A program made the translations under genes and the position numbers. Shown here in pieces: positions 15,842 through 25,945 of a DNA stretch of 36,871 nt. The stretch spans positions 1-36,871 of the IMG/VR virus record IMGVR_UViG_3300048599_000821. One strand, written 5' to 3'. This stretch comes from a virus. Its lineage: Duplodnaviria; Caudoviricetes. The notes beneath the pieces were generated by a model. That model had not been told where the DNA came from and did not search any database. It saw only the letters and a list, made by a program, of their open reading frames with translations. Position 1 is the stretch's first letter, and every line of letters begins with the position of its first letter.

Positions 15842-17130
15842 TGGGCTGGTGGGATAGTCTGCGCGGCCGACGCAGCGCGTCCGTCGAAACCCGGTCGGAC
15901 CAAACGCTGATCAGCCTCGACAATCCAGCGGCGCTGCAGCAGCTTTTCGGGGTGCTGGAGGCGCAGGGCAACCTGCCCGTCGTGTCGATCGCCGCGGCGC
16001 TGCAGGTCCCCGCGGTGCTCGCGGCCGTCGCCTTCCTTTCGCGCACGCTCGCGGCTCTACCGCTGCATAGCTTCGCCGCCGGCGCGAACGGTGACAGGCT
16101 GGACGACGACGAGGCGAAGCTGCTCAACGACGCGCCGAACGAGGAATGGTCGAGTTTCGCCTGGCGCCAGTATCACTGGCAGCAGGTATTTACCGGCGGC
16201 CGCGGCATGAGCTGGATCGAGCGAATTGGACCGCGCGTTGACCGGATCTGGCCAATGGATCCGGAACTGACGACGGTCGGCCGTCGCAACGGTCGGAAAT
16301 ATTACCGGTTCGACGGGCGCGAATATGCGGCGGCCGACGTGATCGACACGCCCTTCATGCTCCGCCCGGACCAGCTTTCGGCGATCAGCCCGATCGCGCG
16401 GTGCAACAAGGCGATTTCGCTGTCGATCGCGATGGCGGACTTCGCCGGCGGCTTCTTCCTCGGCGGCGGGATGCCGCCGCTCGCGTTGGAGGGGCCGCTG
16501 CCCAGCGGTGCCGAGGCGTTCAAGCGCGCCGCGGCGGACATCAAGCGGGCGGTCGACCTGGCGAAGAAGTCGGGCACGCCCTTCTTTCCAATGCCTCCGG
16601 GCCATGCGTTGAAGCCGGTCGGCACGGATCCGGACAAGGGCCAGATGACCCAGGCCCGGCTATTCCAGATTCAGGAGATCGCGCGCGTCTATCAGTTGCC
16701 GCCGGTGTTCCTGCAGGATCTGTCGACGGGCACGCTCGCCAATACCGAGCAGCAGGATCTTCACCTGTCCAAACATAATATCGGGCAGTGGGCGAAGGCA
16801 TTCGAGGACGAGCTCAATCTGAAGCTGTTCGGTTGGCGCAACCGCCGGCGCCGGGTGAAGCATAATCTCGACGGCCTGCAACGCGGCGACTTCAAGAGCC
16901 GCGTGGAAGCGCTGGCGCGCATGATCCAGACCGGGCAGCTGATGCCCGACGAGGCGCGCGCGCTTGAGGATCGTCCGCCCGATCCGAACGGCAAGGGCGC
17001 AAAGCTTTATATCCAGGGCGCCACCGTACCGCTGGGCACCGTGCTCGCCGCGCCGATCGGCCACAATGGCGGGCCGCCCACGAACGACAATGAAGAGGAA
17101 CCCGCCAATGGTGGAAACGACCCCGCCTGA
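15841..17130 (+). CDS. HK97-family portal protein
   Basis: LAALPL, PNEEWS, IARVYQLPP, NTEQQ, FEDELN, MPDEARALE. Confidence 0.95.
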   Translation: MGWWDSLRGRRSASVETRSDQTLISLDNPAALQQLFGVLEAQGNLPVVSIAAALQVPAVLAAVAFLSRTLAALPLHSFAAGANGDRLDDDEAKLLNDAPNEEWSSFAWRQYHWQQVFTGGRGMSWIERIGPRVDRIWPMDPELTTVGRRNGRKYYRFDGREYAAADVIDTPFMLRPDQLSAISPIARCNKAISLSIAMADFAGGFFLGGGMPPLALEGPLPSGAEAFKRAAADIKRAVDLAKKSGTPFFPMPPGHALKPVGTDPDKGQMTQARLFQIQEIARVYQLPPVFLQDLSTGTLANTEQQDLHLSKHNIGQWAKAFEDELNLKLFGWRNRRRRVKHNLDGLQRGDFKSRVEALARMIQTGQLMPDEARALEDRPPDPNGKGAKLYIQGATVPLGTVLAAPIGHNGGPPTNDNEEEPANGGNDPA

Positions 17131-17728
17131 CGGGCGCGAAAAGCGCGCCCTCACTATCGGCCTCGAACTGCGCGCCGCCGGCGGCGACGGTGGCAGCCCG
17201 GGCACAGGGCACGGTTATGCGGTGTTGTTCAATTCGCCCGCGAACATCTATGACCTGTGGACCGAGGAGTTCGCACCCGGCGCGTTCGCCACTTCGCTCC
17301 GCGAGCGCGATGTGATCGCGCTGCACAGCCACGACATGGCGCGCGTCGTCGGCCGCATGAACGCCGGAACGCTGACCCTGCGCGAAGATGCCAAGGGTCT
17401 GGCATTCGAAAACCCGCTTCCCGACAACAGCGACGGTCGCGACCTTGCCGTGTCGATCGACCGCGGCGACATTCCGGGGATGTCGTTCGGCTTTCGCGCC
17501 GTGAAGCAGACGTGGGACGAAACCGTCAACCCGCCCAAGCGGACGATTACCGAGGCCGAGCTGTACGAGATCACATACTCGGCGATGCCCGCGTATGACG
17601 ATACCGAGGTTGGCCTGCGGTCGCTGGAGGGCGCTCGCGCCGAAAAGCGCAGCCATAACAAGGCCGGCGCCCAGAGCCGGATCGCGGCGCGCCGTGCGCG
17701 GCTGGCGCGCATCGAACGCCGGATCTGA
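17108..17728 (+). CDS. HK97-family prohead protease
   Basis: GYAVLFNS, EEFAPGAF, LHSH, GMSFGF, LYEIT...PAYDDT. Confidence 0.95.
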   Translation: MVETTPPDGREKRALTIGLELRAAGGDGGSPGTGHGYAVLFNSPANIYDLWTEEFAPGAFATSLRERDVIALHSHDMARVVGRMNAGTLTLREDAKGLAFENPLPDNSDGRDLAVSIDRGDIPGMSFGFRAVKQTWDETVNPPKRTITEAELYEITYSAMPAYDDTEVGLRSLEGARAEKRSHNKAGAQSRIAARRARLARIERRI

Positions 17729-17790
17729 TCTCTCCCCCTCTTTTCCGGGCCCGTGCCCGAGGCGGCGGCCGCTTTTCTGACCGCCCTTCC

Positions 17791-17813
17791 AGCCCCGCTC
17801 CGCGGGGCTTTTT
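17791..17813 (+). terminator. Hairpin plus U-tract upstream of the capsid gene
   Basis: AGCCCCGC-TCC-GCGGGGCT-TTTT. Confidence 0.5.
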
Positions 17814-17831
17814 CATGCCCAGGAGAAACCC

Positions 17832-19121
17832 ATGACCTTGCAGGAACTGTACGAAAAGCGCGGCAAGCTGGTGGCTGCTGCCCGCGCTGCTACCGATGAA
17901 ATCACCAACAACACCGACGACGCGCGCGTCGCCGAGCTCGAAGCGCGCAGCGACAAGATTTTCGCCGAGCTCGACGACCTCGACAAGAAGATCAAACTGG
18001 AAGAGCGCACGGCCGCGGCCGAGCGTTCGATGGAAGAACGCCAGCGTCGCCAGCGCCCGAACGGCGGCGATCGCGAAGTCGATGGCGTCGACGGCGGCGA
18101 AGACGGCGCGGGCGAGCAGCGCACGGCCGAGCAGCGGCAGGCTGAATATCGCGACGCCTTCTATGCGCTGATGCGCGAAGGCGGCGACACCAGCGCCGTC
18201 ACGCCGGAACAGCGGGCTTTGCTGCGCCAAGGCTATGTCGAGAGCCGCACGCAGACGGCGGGATCGAATGCCGCCGGCGGCTACACCGTGCCGACCGAAC
18301 TGGCGAAGAAGATCGTCGAGACCATGAAGGACTGGGGTCCGATGTACGATCCTGGCATCACCGACGAAATGGTGACGAGCTCGGGCAACCCGTTCGATAT
18401 CCCGACCAACGACGACACCGCGAACCTCGCGGCCGCGCTGGCGGAAGCATCGGACTTGACGGACGACAACAGCGGCGACCTGGCATTCGGCGAGGTGTCG
18501 CTGGCCGCGTTCGTCTATGCGACGCCGTGGCTGAAGCTTTCGTTCGAGCTGCTGCAGGACTCGGCTTTCAACCTCGAGGACTTCTGCGGCGGGAAGCTCG
18601 GCGAACGTCTCGGCCGCATCGGCAACCGCGTGCTGACGATCGGCGATAATGTCGGCGATCCGAATGGTGTTGTCACCGCATCGACGCTCGGCAAGACCGC
18701 AGCGGCCATCGCCGCGATCACCGGCGACGAGATGATCGACCTTCAGCATTCGGTCAACGCGGCGTATCGCCGCAGCCCGAAATGCCGCTGGATGTTCGCC
18801 GACACCACGCTCGCGGTTCTGCGCAAGCTGAAGGACGGACAGGGCAATTACCTGTGGCAGATGGGCGACGTCCGCGTTGGCGCGCCCGACCTGATCCTGG
18901 GCAAGCCCTATTCGGTCAATGACGATGTGCCGGCGATCGCGACCGGCAACCGCGCCGTGCTGTTCGGAGACTTCAGCCGCTACGTCGTCCGTAAGGTCGG
19001 CGCACCGCTGATCGGCACCGTCCGTGAACGCTTCTGGCCGAAGGTCGGCATGGCCGGCCTCATCCGCCTCGACGGTGATCTCGTCGACACCGCCGCGGTC
19101 AAGCACCTCAAGCTCGCCTGA
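17832..19121 (+). CDS. HK97-family major capsid protein with N-terminal delta (scaffold) domain
   Basis: Coiled-coil N-terminus, GGYTVPTE, SFELLQDS, KLKDGQGNYLWQ, ILGKP, FGDFS; SD AGGAG. Confidence 0.97.
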   Translation: MTLQELYEKRGKLVAAARAATDEITNNTDDARVAELEARSDKIFAELDDLDKKIKLEERTAAAERSMEERQRRQRPNGGDREVDGVDGGEDGAGEQRTAEQRQAEYRDAFYALMREGGDTSAVTPEQRALLRQGYVESRTQTAGSNAAGGYTVPTELAKKIVETMKDWGPMYDPGITDEMVTSSGNPFDIPTNDDTANLAAALAEASDLTDDNSGDLAFGEVSLAAFVYATPWLKLSFELLQDSAFNLEDFCGGKLGERLGRIGNRVLTIGDNVGDPNGVVTASTLGKTAAAIAAITGDEMIDLQHSVNAAYRRSPKCRWMFADTTLAVLRKLKDGQGNYLWQMGDVRVGAPDLILGKPYSVNDDVPAIATGNRAVLFGDFSRYVVRKVGAPLIGTVRERFWPKVGMAGLIRLDGDLVDTAAVKHLKLA

Positions 19122-19129
19122 TTTCGGCA

Positions 19130-19161
19130 GCGGGCGGGATCTCGGTCTCGCCCGCCCTTTT
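19130..19161 (+). terminator. Intrinsic terminator-like hairpin after the capsid gene
   Basis: GCGGGCGGGAT-CTCG-GTCTCGCCCGC followed by CCTTTT. Confidence 0.55.
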
Positions 19162-19198
19162 CGTGACGGACGCCTGGCGCGCCCGTTCCGCAAAGGAG

Positions 19199-19810
19199 AT
19201 GGCCATGTTCCTGAAGATGAAGACCAGTATCGGCGGACCGCACTACTCGCTCGCCCTGGGCGACGAGGTACCGTTCGACGAGGCATTCCCTTTCACCGCG
19301 AACGAGGTGCGTCGTTTCATCGATCCCGCCGGTGCCAACATCGCCGAGTTCGTCGGTGACACCGCGGACCTCGACGCCTGGCTCGCCCAGTGGGCCCCGC
19401 CGCTCCCGGCGCTGCTTGGCTCCTCGATCCTGCCGGCGATCGTCAAGGTCGCCGGGTACCAGATCCAGCTGGGCGGCATCGTCGTCGAGGCATTCGCCGT
19501 ATTCCGCGGTGAACGGTGCCCGGGTGCAGGCGAGCTCGAGGCGGTCGACGCATGGAATGGTCGCCCCGAAGCGGAACGCGAGGCCGATCTCGCGGCGGTC
19601 ATCGACCGACTGGCGGCGGACCCCGACAATGTCGAGCGCGTGATCCTCGATACGTCGATCGTCGCCCGCCCGGAGCCGGCAGCAACGTCCCCTGCCGAGA
19701 CGCCCGTCCCCGCGGCGCCCGCCGAAACACCGGCACCCGCGGCGATCGCGCCTGCGGCGGCGGCGGAAATTGCTGCTCCCGTCACCCCGCCCGCGAAAAA
19801 GAAGCGCTGA
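19199..19810 (+). CDS. Hypothetical virion-region protein with Pro/Ala-rich tail
   Basis: SD AAAGGAG; between capsid and connector genes; start 19199 or 19205. Confidence 0.7.
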   Translation: MAMFLKMKTSIGGPHYSLALGDEVPFDEAFPFTANEVRRFIDPAGANIAEFVGDTADLDAWLAQWAPPLPALLGSSILPAIVKVAGYQIQLGGIVVEAFAVFRGERCPGAGELEAVDAWNGRPEAEREADLAAVIDRLAADPDNVERVILDTSIVARPEPAATSPAETPVPAAPAETPAPAAIAPAAAAEIAAPVTPPAKKKR

Positions 19811-19817
19811 CGGGGCT

Positions 19818-20396
19818 ATGTGGTCGGCAGCGACATTGGTGACGCCGCCGGTGTCGCCGCCGATCGAGCTCGCCGCGGTGAAGGAATTCGTGCGCATCGA
19901 TGCCGATACCGATGACTTCGACGTGCAGCTCGCGGACTTTGCGGCGATTGCGGTCGAGCAGATCGAATCGGAATGCAACATCCGCCTGGCGCCGCAGACC
20001 GTCGCGCTGCTGGCCGATGATTGGGCCGATCTGCAGCTGCTGCCGATCGGGCCGGTGACGTCGATCGAATCCATCCATTATCTTGACGGTACCGGCGCCG
20101 AGCAACTGCTCGATGCCGGCGCTTATGAGATGGCGGGCGCAGCCCTTGAGGTCGGCATTCGTCCGAGCTTTGGCGCCGCCTGGCCGGGCAGCCTGCGCCG
20201 CGTTGCGGGCGCGATCCGCGTGACGGCGATCGTCGGCTATCCGGTGCTGCCGCGACCGGTCCACGCCGCGGCGCTCTACTTCACGGCGGATCTGTTCGCT
20301 TTCCGCGAGACGGCAGTCGTAGGAACGGTGGCGGGCAAGATCCCGATGAGCACCACGGTCGAGCGCTTCCTGGTCAATCACAGGATCTGGCTCTGA
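19818..20396 (+). CDS. Head-tail connector protein (gp6-like)
   Basis: PIELAAVKEFVRID, LPIGPVTSIESIHY, VTAIVGY, FAFRE. Confidence 0.88.
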   Translation: MWSAATLVTPPVSPPIELAAVKEFVRIDADTDDFDVQLADFAAIAVEQIESECNIRLAPQTVALLADDWADLQLLPIGPVTSIESIHYLDGTGAEQLLDAGAYEMAGAALEVGIRPSFGAAWPGSLRRVAGAIRVTAIVGYPVLPRPVHAAALYFTADLFAFRETAVVGTVAGKIPMSTTVERFLVNHRIWL

Positions 20397-20752
20397 TGCC
20401 CGGCGCCGCAGGCTATAATCACAAGGCGACATTCTTCCGCATGGTGCCCGGGCAGGACGCCGCGGGCGTCGAGGTGATGGTGCCCGCGCCGATCGCCGCG
20501 CCCTACGCCAATGTCCGATATGGCACCGCATCGGAAAGGCGGGTTGCCGCCGGGACCGAAGCCGGACAGGTTTTCACCGTAAGGGTGAAGGCGACGCGCA
20601 AGGCGCGATCGGTAAAGGTCAGCGACCGGGTGACGGTCCGCGACCTGGAGACAGGCCTGGAGATCAGCGGCGCGGTCACGTCGCCGCCGGTACCGGCAAG
20701 CGGCGGCGATATCGAGTTCACCGCGGCGGCCGCGATCGGGGCGGCCGCATGA
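20396..20752 (+). CDS. Head-tail adaptor/head closure protein
   Basis: Synteny, size, YANVRYGTASER. Confidence 0.75.
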   Translation: MPGAAGYNHKATFFRMVPGQDAAGVEVMVPAPIAAPYANVRYGTASERRVAAGTEAGQVFTVRVKATRKARSVKVSDRVTVRDLETGLEISGAVTSPPVPASGGDIEFTAAAAIGAAA

Positions 20753-21225
20753 GCTCGCAAACCTTCGGGTTCGACGAGCTCGAGGCGAACCTCGCCGAGC
20801 TGGCCGATCCAAAGACGGTCGACCGGATCGGGCGCAGCGCAGGCAATCGGGCGATGAAGCGGGTCGAGAAAGCGCTCGTCGAGGCGCTGCCAGTCGGGGC
20901 GCGGCCGACCAAACGGCGCCGGCGCCGGAAAGACGGCAGTTTCACCGAGGCGGACTATGGCCGCGTCACCACCAATGTGAAGATCCGGCGCATCGGGAAA
21001 GCAGCCGGGCAAACCGCGCTCGTCTGGACCGTGAACACCGGTCACGCCTTCTGGTGGTGGATGAATGAATTCGGGACGGTGAGCCAGCCCGCCAATCCGG
21101 TGATCCGCATGACGTGGGAACGCGAGTCGCCCAGCATGCCGGAAGAGATCGGCCAGGACATGTGGGCGGGGCTCGAGCGGACCGCGCGGCGCCGCGGCGT
21201 CGCCATCGCCGGGCGGAGCAGCTGA
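20749..21225 (+). CDS. HK97 gp10-family tail component
   Basis: GFDELEANL, FWWWMNEFGT..QPANP. Confidence 0.88.
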   Translation: MSSQTFGFDELEANLAELADPKTVDRIGRSAGNRAMKRVEKALVEALPVGARPTKRRRRRKDGSFTEADYGRVTTNVKIRRIGKAAGQTALVWTVNTGHAFWWWMNEFGTVSQPANPVIRMTWERESPSMPEEIGQDMWAGLERTARRRGVAIAGRSS

Positions 21226-21226
21226 C

Positions 21227-21637
21227 ATGGCGATGGATCTGGCCCTTCGCGCCCGGCTGATCGCGCAACCGTCGATCGCGTCCAAGGTCGCGAACGGCAC
21301 GGCGGTGAGCCTGGACGAACGGCCCGCCTCGCTGGGATTTCCCGCGGTCGTCCTGACCTTGGTGTCGCCGGGCGAGGAATGGACGCACGATGGGCCCGAC
21401 GGCCTCAACCTGGCGCGGTGGCAGTTCGATTATTTCGGGCTCGAGGTGCCGGCGCTGATCGCGCTGCGCGATGCGGTGCATGCCGAGATGCAGCAGCTGC
21501 GCGACGTTGACGGCGTCCGTTTTCACGAAGGCATGCTGCTGACCAGCTTCGCGACGGACCCCGAGACGCTCGACGGCGGGCAGCGCGTCTATCGCCGCCT
21601 GCAGGAATTCGAATTTTACTGGGAATCATTGAGTTGA
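21227..21637 (+). CDS. Tail terminator protein (DUF3168-like)
   Basis: LALRARL, FPAVVLTLVS, ARWQFDYF; synteny. Confidence 0.8.
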   Translation: MAMDLALRARLIAQPSIASKVANGTAVSLDERPASLGFPAVVLTLVSPGEEWTHDGPDGLNLARWQFDYFGLEVPALIALRDAVHAEMQQLRDVDGVRFHEGMLLTSFATDPETLDGGQRVYRRLQEFEFYWESLS

Positions 21638-21653
21638 TGGAAAGGACAAGCTT

Positions 21654-22103
21654 ATGACGGGCGCTGCGAAAAAGACGTTCGGCACGAAGATCTTTGTCGT
21701 CGCCGCCGGCGGCGATATCGAAACCGGCGCGATCGCGCAGGTGGTACGCGTCGGGAAGCCGAAGATCTCGCGCGGGATGCAGGATGCGACGACGCACGAC
21801 AGCGCGGGCGGCTGGGAAGAGGTGATCCCCGACGGCACCGCCAAGGTCGAGCCGTTCACCGTCACCGTCGAATATGTCGCCAACAGCACCTTCGACCAGG
21901 CGATGATCGCCGCGTGCGCGCCCTCGGGCGGCCTTCAGGACGTCGAGATCCACGAGCACGGCGCCGCCGGCTATATCAAGACGCCGCTGTCGGCCTATGT
22001 CAGCGACTATGGTCCCGATGACGCCGAGGTGAAGGGCAAGCAGACCGCGACCTTTACCCTGACCCCGACCGGCGCGCAGGGCGCGAAGGCCGCGGTCGTC
22101 TGA
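21654..22103 (+). CDS. Major tail tube protein
   Basis: QDATTHDS.GGWEEVIP, QTATFTLTPTG; SD GAAAGGA. Confidence 0.85.
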   Translation: MTGAAKKTFGTKIFVVAAGGDIETGAIAQVVRVGKPKISRGMQDATTHDSAGGWEEVIPDGTAKVEPFTVTVEYVANSTFDQAMIAACAPSGGLQDVEIHEHGAAGYIKTPLSAYVSDYGPDDAEVKGKQTATFTLTPTGAQGAKAAVV

Positions 22104-22104
22104 T

Positions 22105-22515
22105 ATGACGGTGCAAAGTGTCGGTGAGGTCGGCTTCGCCTGGGGCGGAGCCGACTTTACCCTTCGTTTCGACATGGGCGCGATCCGCTCATTCGAGATC
22201 GCGACGGGCCAGTCAATCTTCGACGCCTTCGATCACCTCCAGGCGGCGCAGGAAGGACGCGTCCGCCCGCGCCTGTCGCTGCTCGGCGACCTCGTCCGCG
22301 CCGGGCTGTCGGCCTATCACCCCGACATCGATGCCGAAACCGCCATGGAAATGGCGATCGATCCGTTGGTCAGTGAAGCGCTGATCGGCAGCTACGTCGA
22401 ATCGATGCCGCGCAAAAAGGTCGACGACAGCGACCCTCCGAAGCCGGCGGGCAGGAAACGCAGTGGGACTGGGACGCGCTCCTCGAGGGCTGGTTCCAGG
22501 CGGGGCAAGGCCTAA
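22105..22515 (+). CDS. Tail assembly chaperone (G-like)
   Basis: FTLRFDMGAIRSFE...RAGL; between tube and tape measure genes. Confidence 0.8.
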   Translation: MTVQSVGEVGFAWGGADFTLRFDMGAIRSFEIATGQSIFDAFDHLQAAQEGRVRPRLSLLGDLVRAGLSAYHPDIDAETAMEMAIDPLVSEALIGSYVESMPRKKVDDSDPPKPAGRKRSGTGTRSSRAGSRRGKA

Positions 22516-22796
22516 CCGACTTCTGGCGCGTGACGCCGCGCGAGCTGGTGATCGCGATCGACGCCTATCTGTCCGCGCGCGCGTGGCAGGCTTGGTACAC
22601 GGGGCTGGTGTCGAACGGGAACATCACCGCGTTCGACGAGCTGCTGCCCGCGCACGATGATTCCGAAAACCGGCTGCGCCGCGACCGCCCCCAGTCGGAG
22701 GTCGAGATGGCGCACAACATGGCGATGTGGCGTTCGATCTTTGGATTGACGGCCGTGCCGATCGACGACGGCGGGAGGGCGGACGATGGCGGGTAA
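22413..22796 (+). CDS. Tail assembly chaperone T segment, probably expressed as a G-T fusion by -1 frameshift
   Basis: -1 frame is open from 22377 and encodes WDWDALLEGWFQAG...DFWRVTPREL; candidate slip site C AAA AAG at 22413-22419. Confidence 0.7.
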   Translation, partial: QKGRRQRPSEAGGQETQWDWDALLEGWFQAGQGLTDFWRVTPRELVIAIDAYLSARAWQAWYTGLVSNGNITAFDELLPAHDDSENRLRRDRPQSEVEMAHNMAMWRSIFGLTAVPIDDGGRADDGG

Positions 22797-25302
22797 AAGC
22801 CTGATCGGCGCGCTGCGCGTCACGCTCGGCCTCGACTCGGCCGAATTCACCAAGGGCGTCGAGAGCGCCAGCAAACAGGTGAAGCGGGTCCAGAAGGACA
22901 TCGAAGCGTTTGGCGGCAAGATGACATCGGTCGGCAAGATGATGACGATGGGCTTTTCGCTCCCTTTGCTCGCCGCCGCAGCCGCCGCGACGACCGGCGC
23001 GAAGGAACAGGCGCAGGCGGTAGCGCAGGTCGAGGCCGCGATCACGTCGATGGGCAACGCCGCAGGTCGATCGTCGAAGCAGCTGGCCGAAGCGGCCGAC
23101 GCCATGGAAATGAATTCGCTGTTCAACGCCGACGTCATCCTGACGAAGGTGACTGCGAACCTGCTGACCTTCGGCAATGTCGCCGGCGAGGTTTTCGATC
23201 GGGCGCAACAGGCGGCGATCGACATGGCGCAGCGTATGGGCGGGGATCCGCAGGCCGCGGCGCTGTTGCTAGGCAAGGCGTTGAACGACCCGATCAAGGG
23301 CATGGCAGCACTGGGGCGGGTCGGCGTCCAGTTGTCGGCGACGCAGAAGGAACAGATCAAGTCCTTCATGGCGACCGGCGATGCGGCGAAAGCGCAGGCG
23401 ATCATCCTGGGCGAAGTCGAGCGGCAGTTTAAAGGAGCGGCGAAAGCAGCGGCCGACACGACGCCCTGGCGCCAGGCGCAGGTCGCGATCGACCAGACCA
23501 TGGACAAGTTCGGCGAGGTCATCCTGCCGATGCTGCCGCAGATCAGCGCCGCCGTTATCGGCATCGCGCAGGCGATCGGCAGCCTGTCGCCCGAGATGCA
23601 GCAAGTCGTGGTGGTCGCCGGGATCGTCGCGGCCGCTTTCGGCCCGGTACTCGTGGCCTTGGGCGGCGTGACGACACATGTCGTGGCCCGCCTCGTCCCG
23701 GCGTTGATCGCCCTGCGCGCCGGGCTGCTCGCGACAGCGGCCGCCGGCGGTACCGGTGCGGTTGCGGCTGGGCGGCTGGCCGCAGCGTTGCGTTTGTTGA
23801 TGATCGCCACGCCGGTTCTCGCTGCTGTGGCGGCGCTCGCCGCCGGTGTCCAGCTGCTTGCCGGGCGCAACCGGGAAGCCGAAACCGAAGCTCGGAAGCT
23901 TGAGCTGCAGACGATCCAGACCGCCGCCGCCGCCGACGTCGAACGAAAAGCGACCGAGTTGCTCACCAATGCCAAGGGCAAGGAACGCGCCGCGACGCTC
24001 GAAGCGATGCAGGCGAGCCGAGCACGCGCGGCGCAGGCGCTCCAAACGACCAAAGCCTTGCTCGCCGAAGCAAAGGCGAGCCTCGCCGCGGCGCGAGCCG
24101 ATGCCCGGCGCGTCTATGAGAAATCCGCAGGCGATACCGGCTTCCTCGCCACCCTGGGACGCGGCCTCGGCGGCGTGCCAACGATAACCCCCGGCACGGG
24201 CAAATCGACGCAGCTCGACCGGAAGAACAACATCGCCGCGGCCCAGCTCGCCGAAGCCGAAGAGGCTTATGCCAAAGGCATGGGCGCCCTCGACGGATTG
24301 AACGCCGCGATCGCAGCCGCCACGGCGCCAGTGTCTCTCCCCGCCCTGAATGTCCCCGCGCTTGATGCCGGCGCCGGCGCCGCCGGTCGCGCGGGCAAGG
24401 CGGTGAAGGGCATCGGCGACGAAGCGAAAAGCGCGAAGGAAAAGGCGCAGGAACTGCAATCGCTGCTCGATCGCCTGTTCCCCGAGGTTGCGGCGCGCCG
24501 TGAATATGAGGCGCAGCTGAAACTGATCGAAGAATCGAAGATGACCGAGCAGCAGCGCGCGGAAGCGATCCGCGCGCTGCGCCGCGAATACGCCGGTCTG
24601 CATCGCGACATGATCGCCACCGCGCCCGGCGACGACCGGTACCCGGGGATCGAAACGGTCGACGGCACCAAATCGATCGAAGAGGTCAGCGCAGACATTT
24701 CCAATGCCGCCTCGGGCGCAATGGACCGCGTCAAGAAGAATGCCGACGACATGCGCGTCCGCGTCATCGAAAGCTTTGCGCAGATGGTCGACGGGGCGCT
24801 CGGTCAGATCGATCGCATGGTCAAGGGTATCAAGTCGGGCAATATTCTCGACATTATCGGCGGGCTGCTCAACGCGATCGACAAGATCGCCGGCATCGCC
24901 ACCGGGGGCAAGGGCTGGAATATCGGCCCATTCAGCTTCGGCGGCGGCGGATCGGGGACGCCTGGATATGGCGGAGGCATTCCCGGTTTTGCCAGCGGCG
25001 GATCGATGCGGCTCGGCGGGATCGCCGGGGTCGACCGCAATCTGTTGTCGATGAACGGGCGGCCGCTGGCGCGGGTGTCGGCGGGTGAATGGCTGGACAT
25101 CACCCCGGCCAACAACCGCGGTGGCGGGCGCGTCGTCTATTTCGACAATCGCGGGGCTGTGATGACCGAGGATCTGCTCAACCAGATGAACGGCATGGTC
25201 GCGAGCGGGATCGCGAAGGCGGCGCCGCATATCGCCAGCGCCGGCGCGCAGCAGGCGCTCGGCGCCGCGCGACGCCAACAGGCCCGATCGCTGGCCCGCT
25301 GA
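22786..25302 (+). CDS. Tail tape measure protein
   Basis: IGALRVTLGLDSAEF, LGKALNDPIKG..AL.RVGV, Ala-rich helical body, C-terminal GFASGG. Confidence 0.93.
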   Translation: MAGKSLIGALRVTLGLDSAEFTKGVESASKQVKRVQKDIEAFGGKMTSVGKMMTMGFSLPLLAAAAAATTGAKEQAQAVAQVEAAITSMGNAAGRSSKQLAEAADAMEMNSLFNADVILTKVTANLLTFGNVAGEVFDRAQQAAIDMAQRMGGDPQAAALLLGKALNDPIKGMAALGRVGVQLSATQKEQIKSFMATGDAAKAQAIILGEVERQFKGAAKAAADTTPWRQAQVAIDQTMDKFGEVILPMLPQISAAVIGIAQAIGSLSPEMQQVVVVAGIVAAAFGPVLVALGGVTTHVVARLVPALIALRAGLLATAAAGGTGAVAAGRLAAALRLLMIATPVLAAVAALAAGVQLLAGRNREAETEARKLELQTIQTAAAADVERKATELLTNAKGKERAATLEAMQASRARAAQALQTTKALLAEAKASLAAARADARRVYEKSAGDTGFLATLGRGLGGVPTITPGTGKSTQLDRKNNIAAAQLAEAEEAYAKGMGALDGLNAAIAAATAPVSLPALNVPALDAGAGAAGRAGKAVKGIGDEAKSAKEKAQELQSLLDRLFPEVAARREYEAQLKLIEESKMTEQQRAEAIRALRREYAGLHRDMIATAPGDDRYPGIETVDGTKSIEEVSADISNAASGAMDRVKKNADDMRVRVIESFAQMVDGALGQIDRMVKGIKSGNILDIIGGLLNAIDKIAGIATGGKGWNIGPFSFGGGGSGTPGYGGGIPGFASGGSMRLGGIAGVDRNLLSMNGRPLARVSAGEWLDITPANNRGGGRVVYFDNRGAVMTEDLLNQMNGMVASGIAKAAPHIASAGAQQALGAARRQQARSLAR

Positions 25303-25351
25303 CGCCATGGCTTTGATCCTTCGGCACGCCCAGGACATTCGGTTCTAAATC

Positions 25352-25945
25352 ATGGCTTTGATTGACCTGCCCGATTCGCCCGGTCCGGCGAAAGCCACGC
25401 CCGTGCCCGTCGATTTCGGCGGCGCGCTGCCCGGTTTGCTGGGCGGGCCGACCGAGCGGCAGAACCGGCTGGGCAACCGCTGGTCGATCGCGGTCACGAT
25501 GCCGGCGCTGACGCTGGACGATGCGCGCATCTGGTCGGCCGACCTGGTGCTGGGCGTCCAGCGCGGCGTGCGCTGGAAGCTGCGGCAGATCGGACTGGTG
25601 TCGGGGCCGATCGGCGCGCCGCGCGTCGCCGGCGCGGCGCAAATGGGTTTCGCCCTGAGTGTCGACGGGTTCGATCCCGGCGCGAGCTGGCCCAAGGGCG
25701 CATTCGTCAACCTGGTCAGCGGCGGGCGCCGATATCTGCACAAGCTGGCCGTCGCCGGGTTCGCCGACGGCGCCGGTACGGGGACGCTGCAATTTACCGA
25801 AGCGATGCGCGTCGTGCCGACGGACAATGACGTGATCGATTTCGCGCCATCGATCGAGGGGCTGCTGTCGATCGACGGCGGCATCGAGATCAACGAGGCG
25901 CGGCTGGGGTCGCCGTTCGGCTTTGCGATCGAGGAGCAGGCATAA
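25352..25945 (+). CDS. Minor tail (distal-tail-like) protein
   Basis: Synteny after the tape measure gene; LGGPTERQNRLGNRW, PRVAGAAQMG. Confidence 0.7.
   Translation: MALIDLPDSPGPAKATPVPVDFGGALPGLLGGPTERQNRLGNRWSIAVTMPALTLDDARIWSADLVLGVQRGVRWKLRQIGLVSGPIGAPRVAGAAQMGFALSVDGFDPGASWPKGAFVNLVSGGRRYLHKLAVAGFADGAGTGTLQFTEAMRVVPTDNDVIDFAPSIEGLLSIDGGIEINEARLGSPFGFAIEEQA

Noticed and set aside
19680-19790. Short PAETP repeats
   Set aside because: Low-complexity Pro/Ala linker in coding sequence, not a functional DNA repeat
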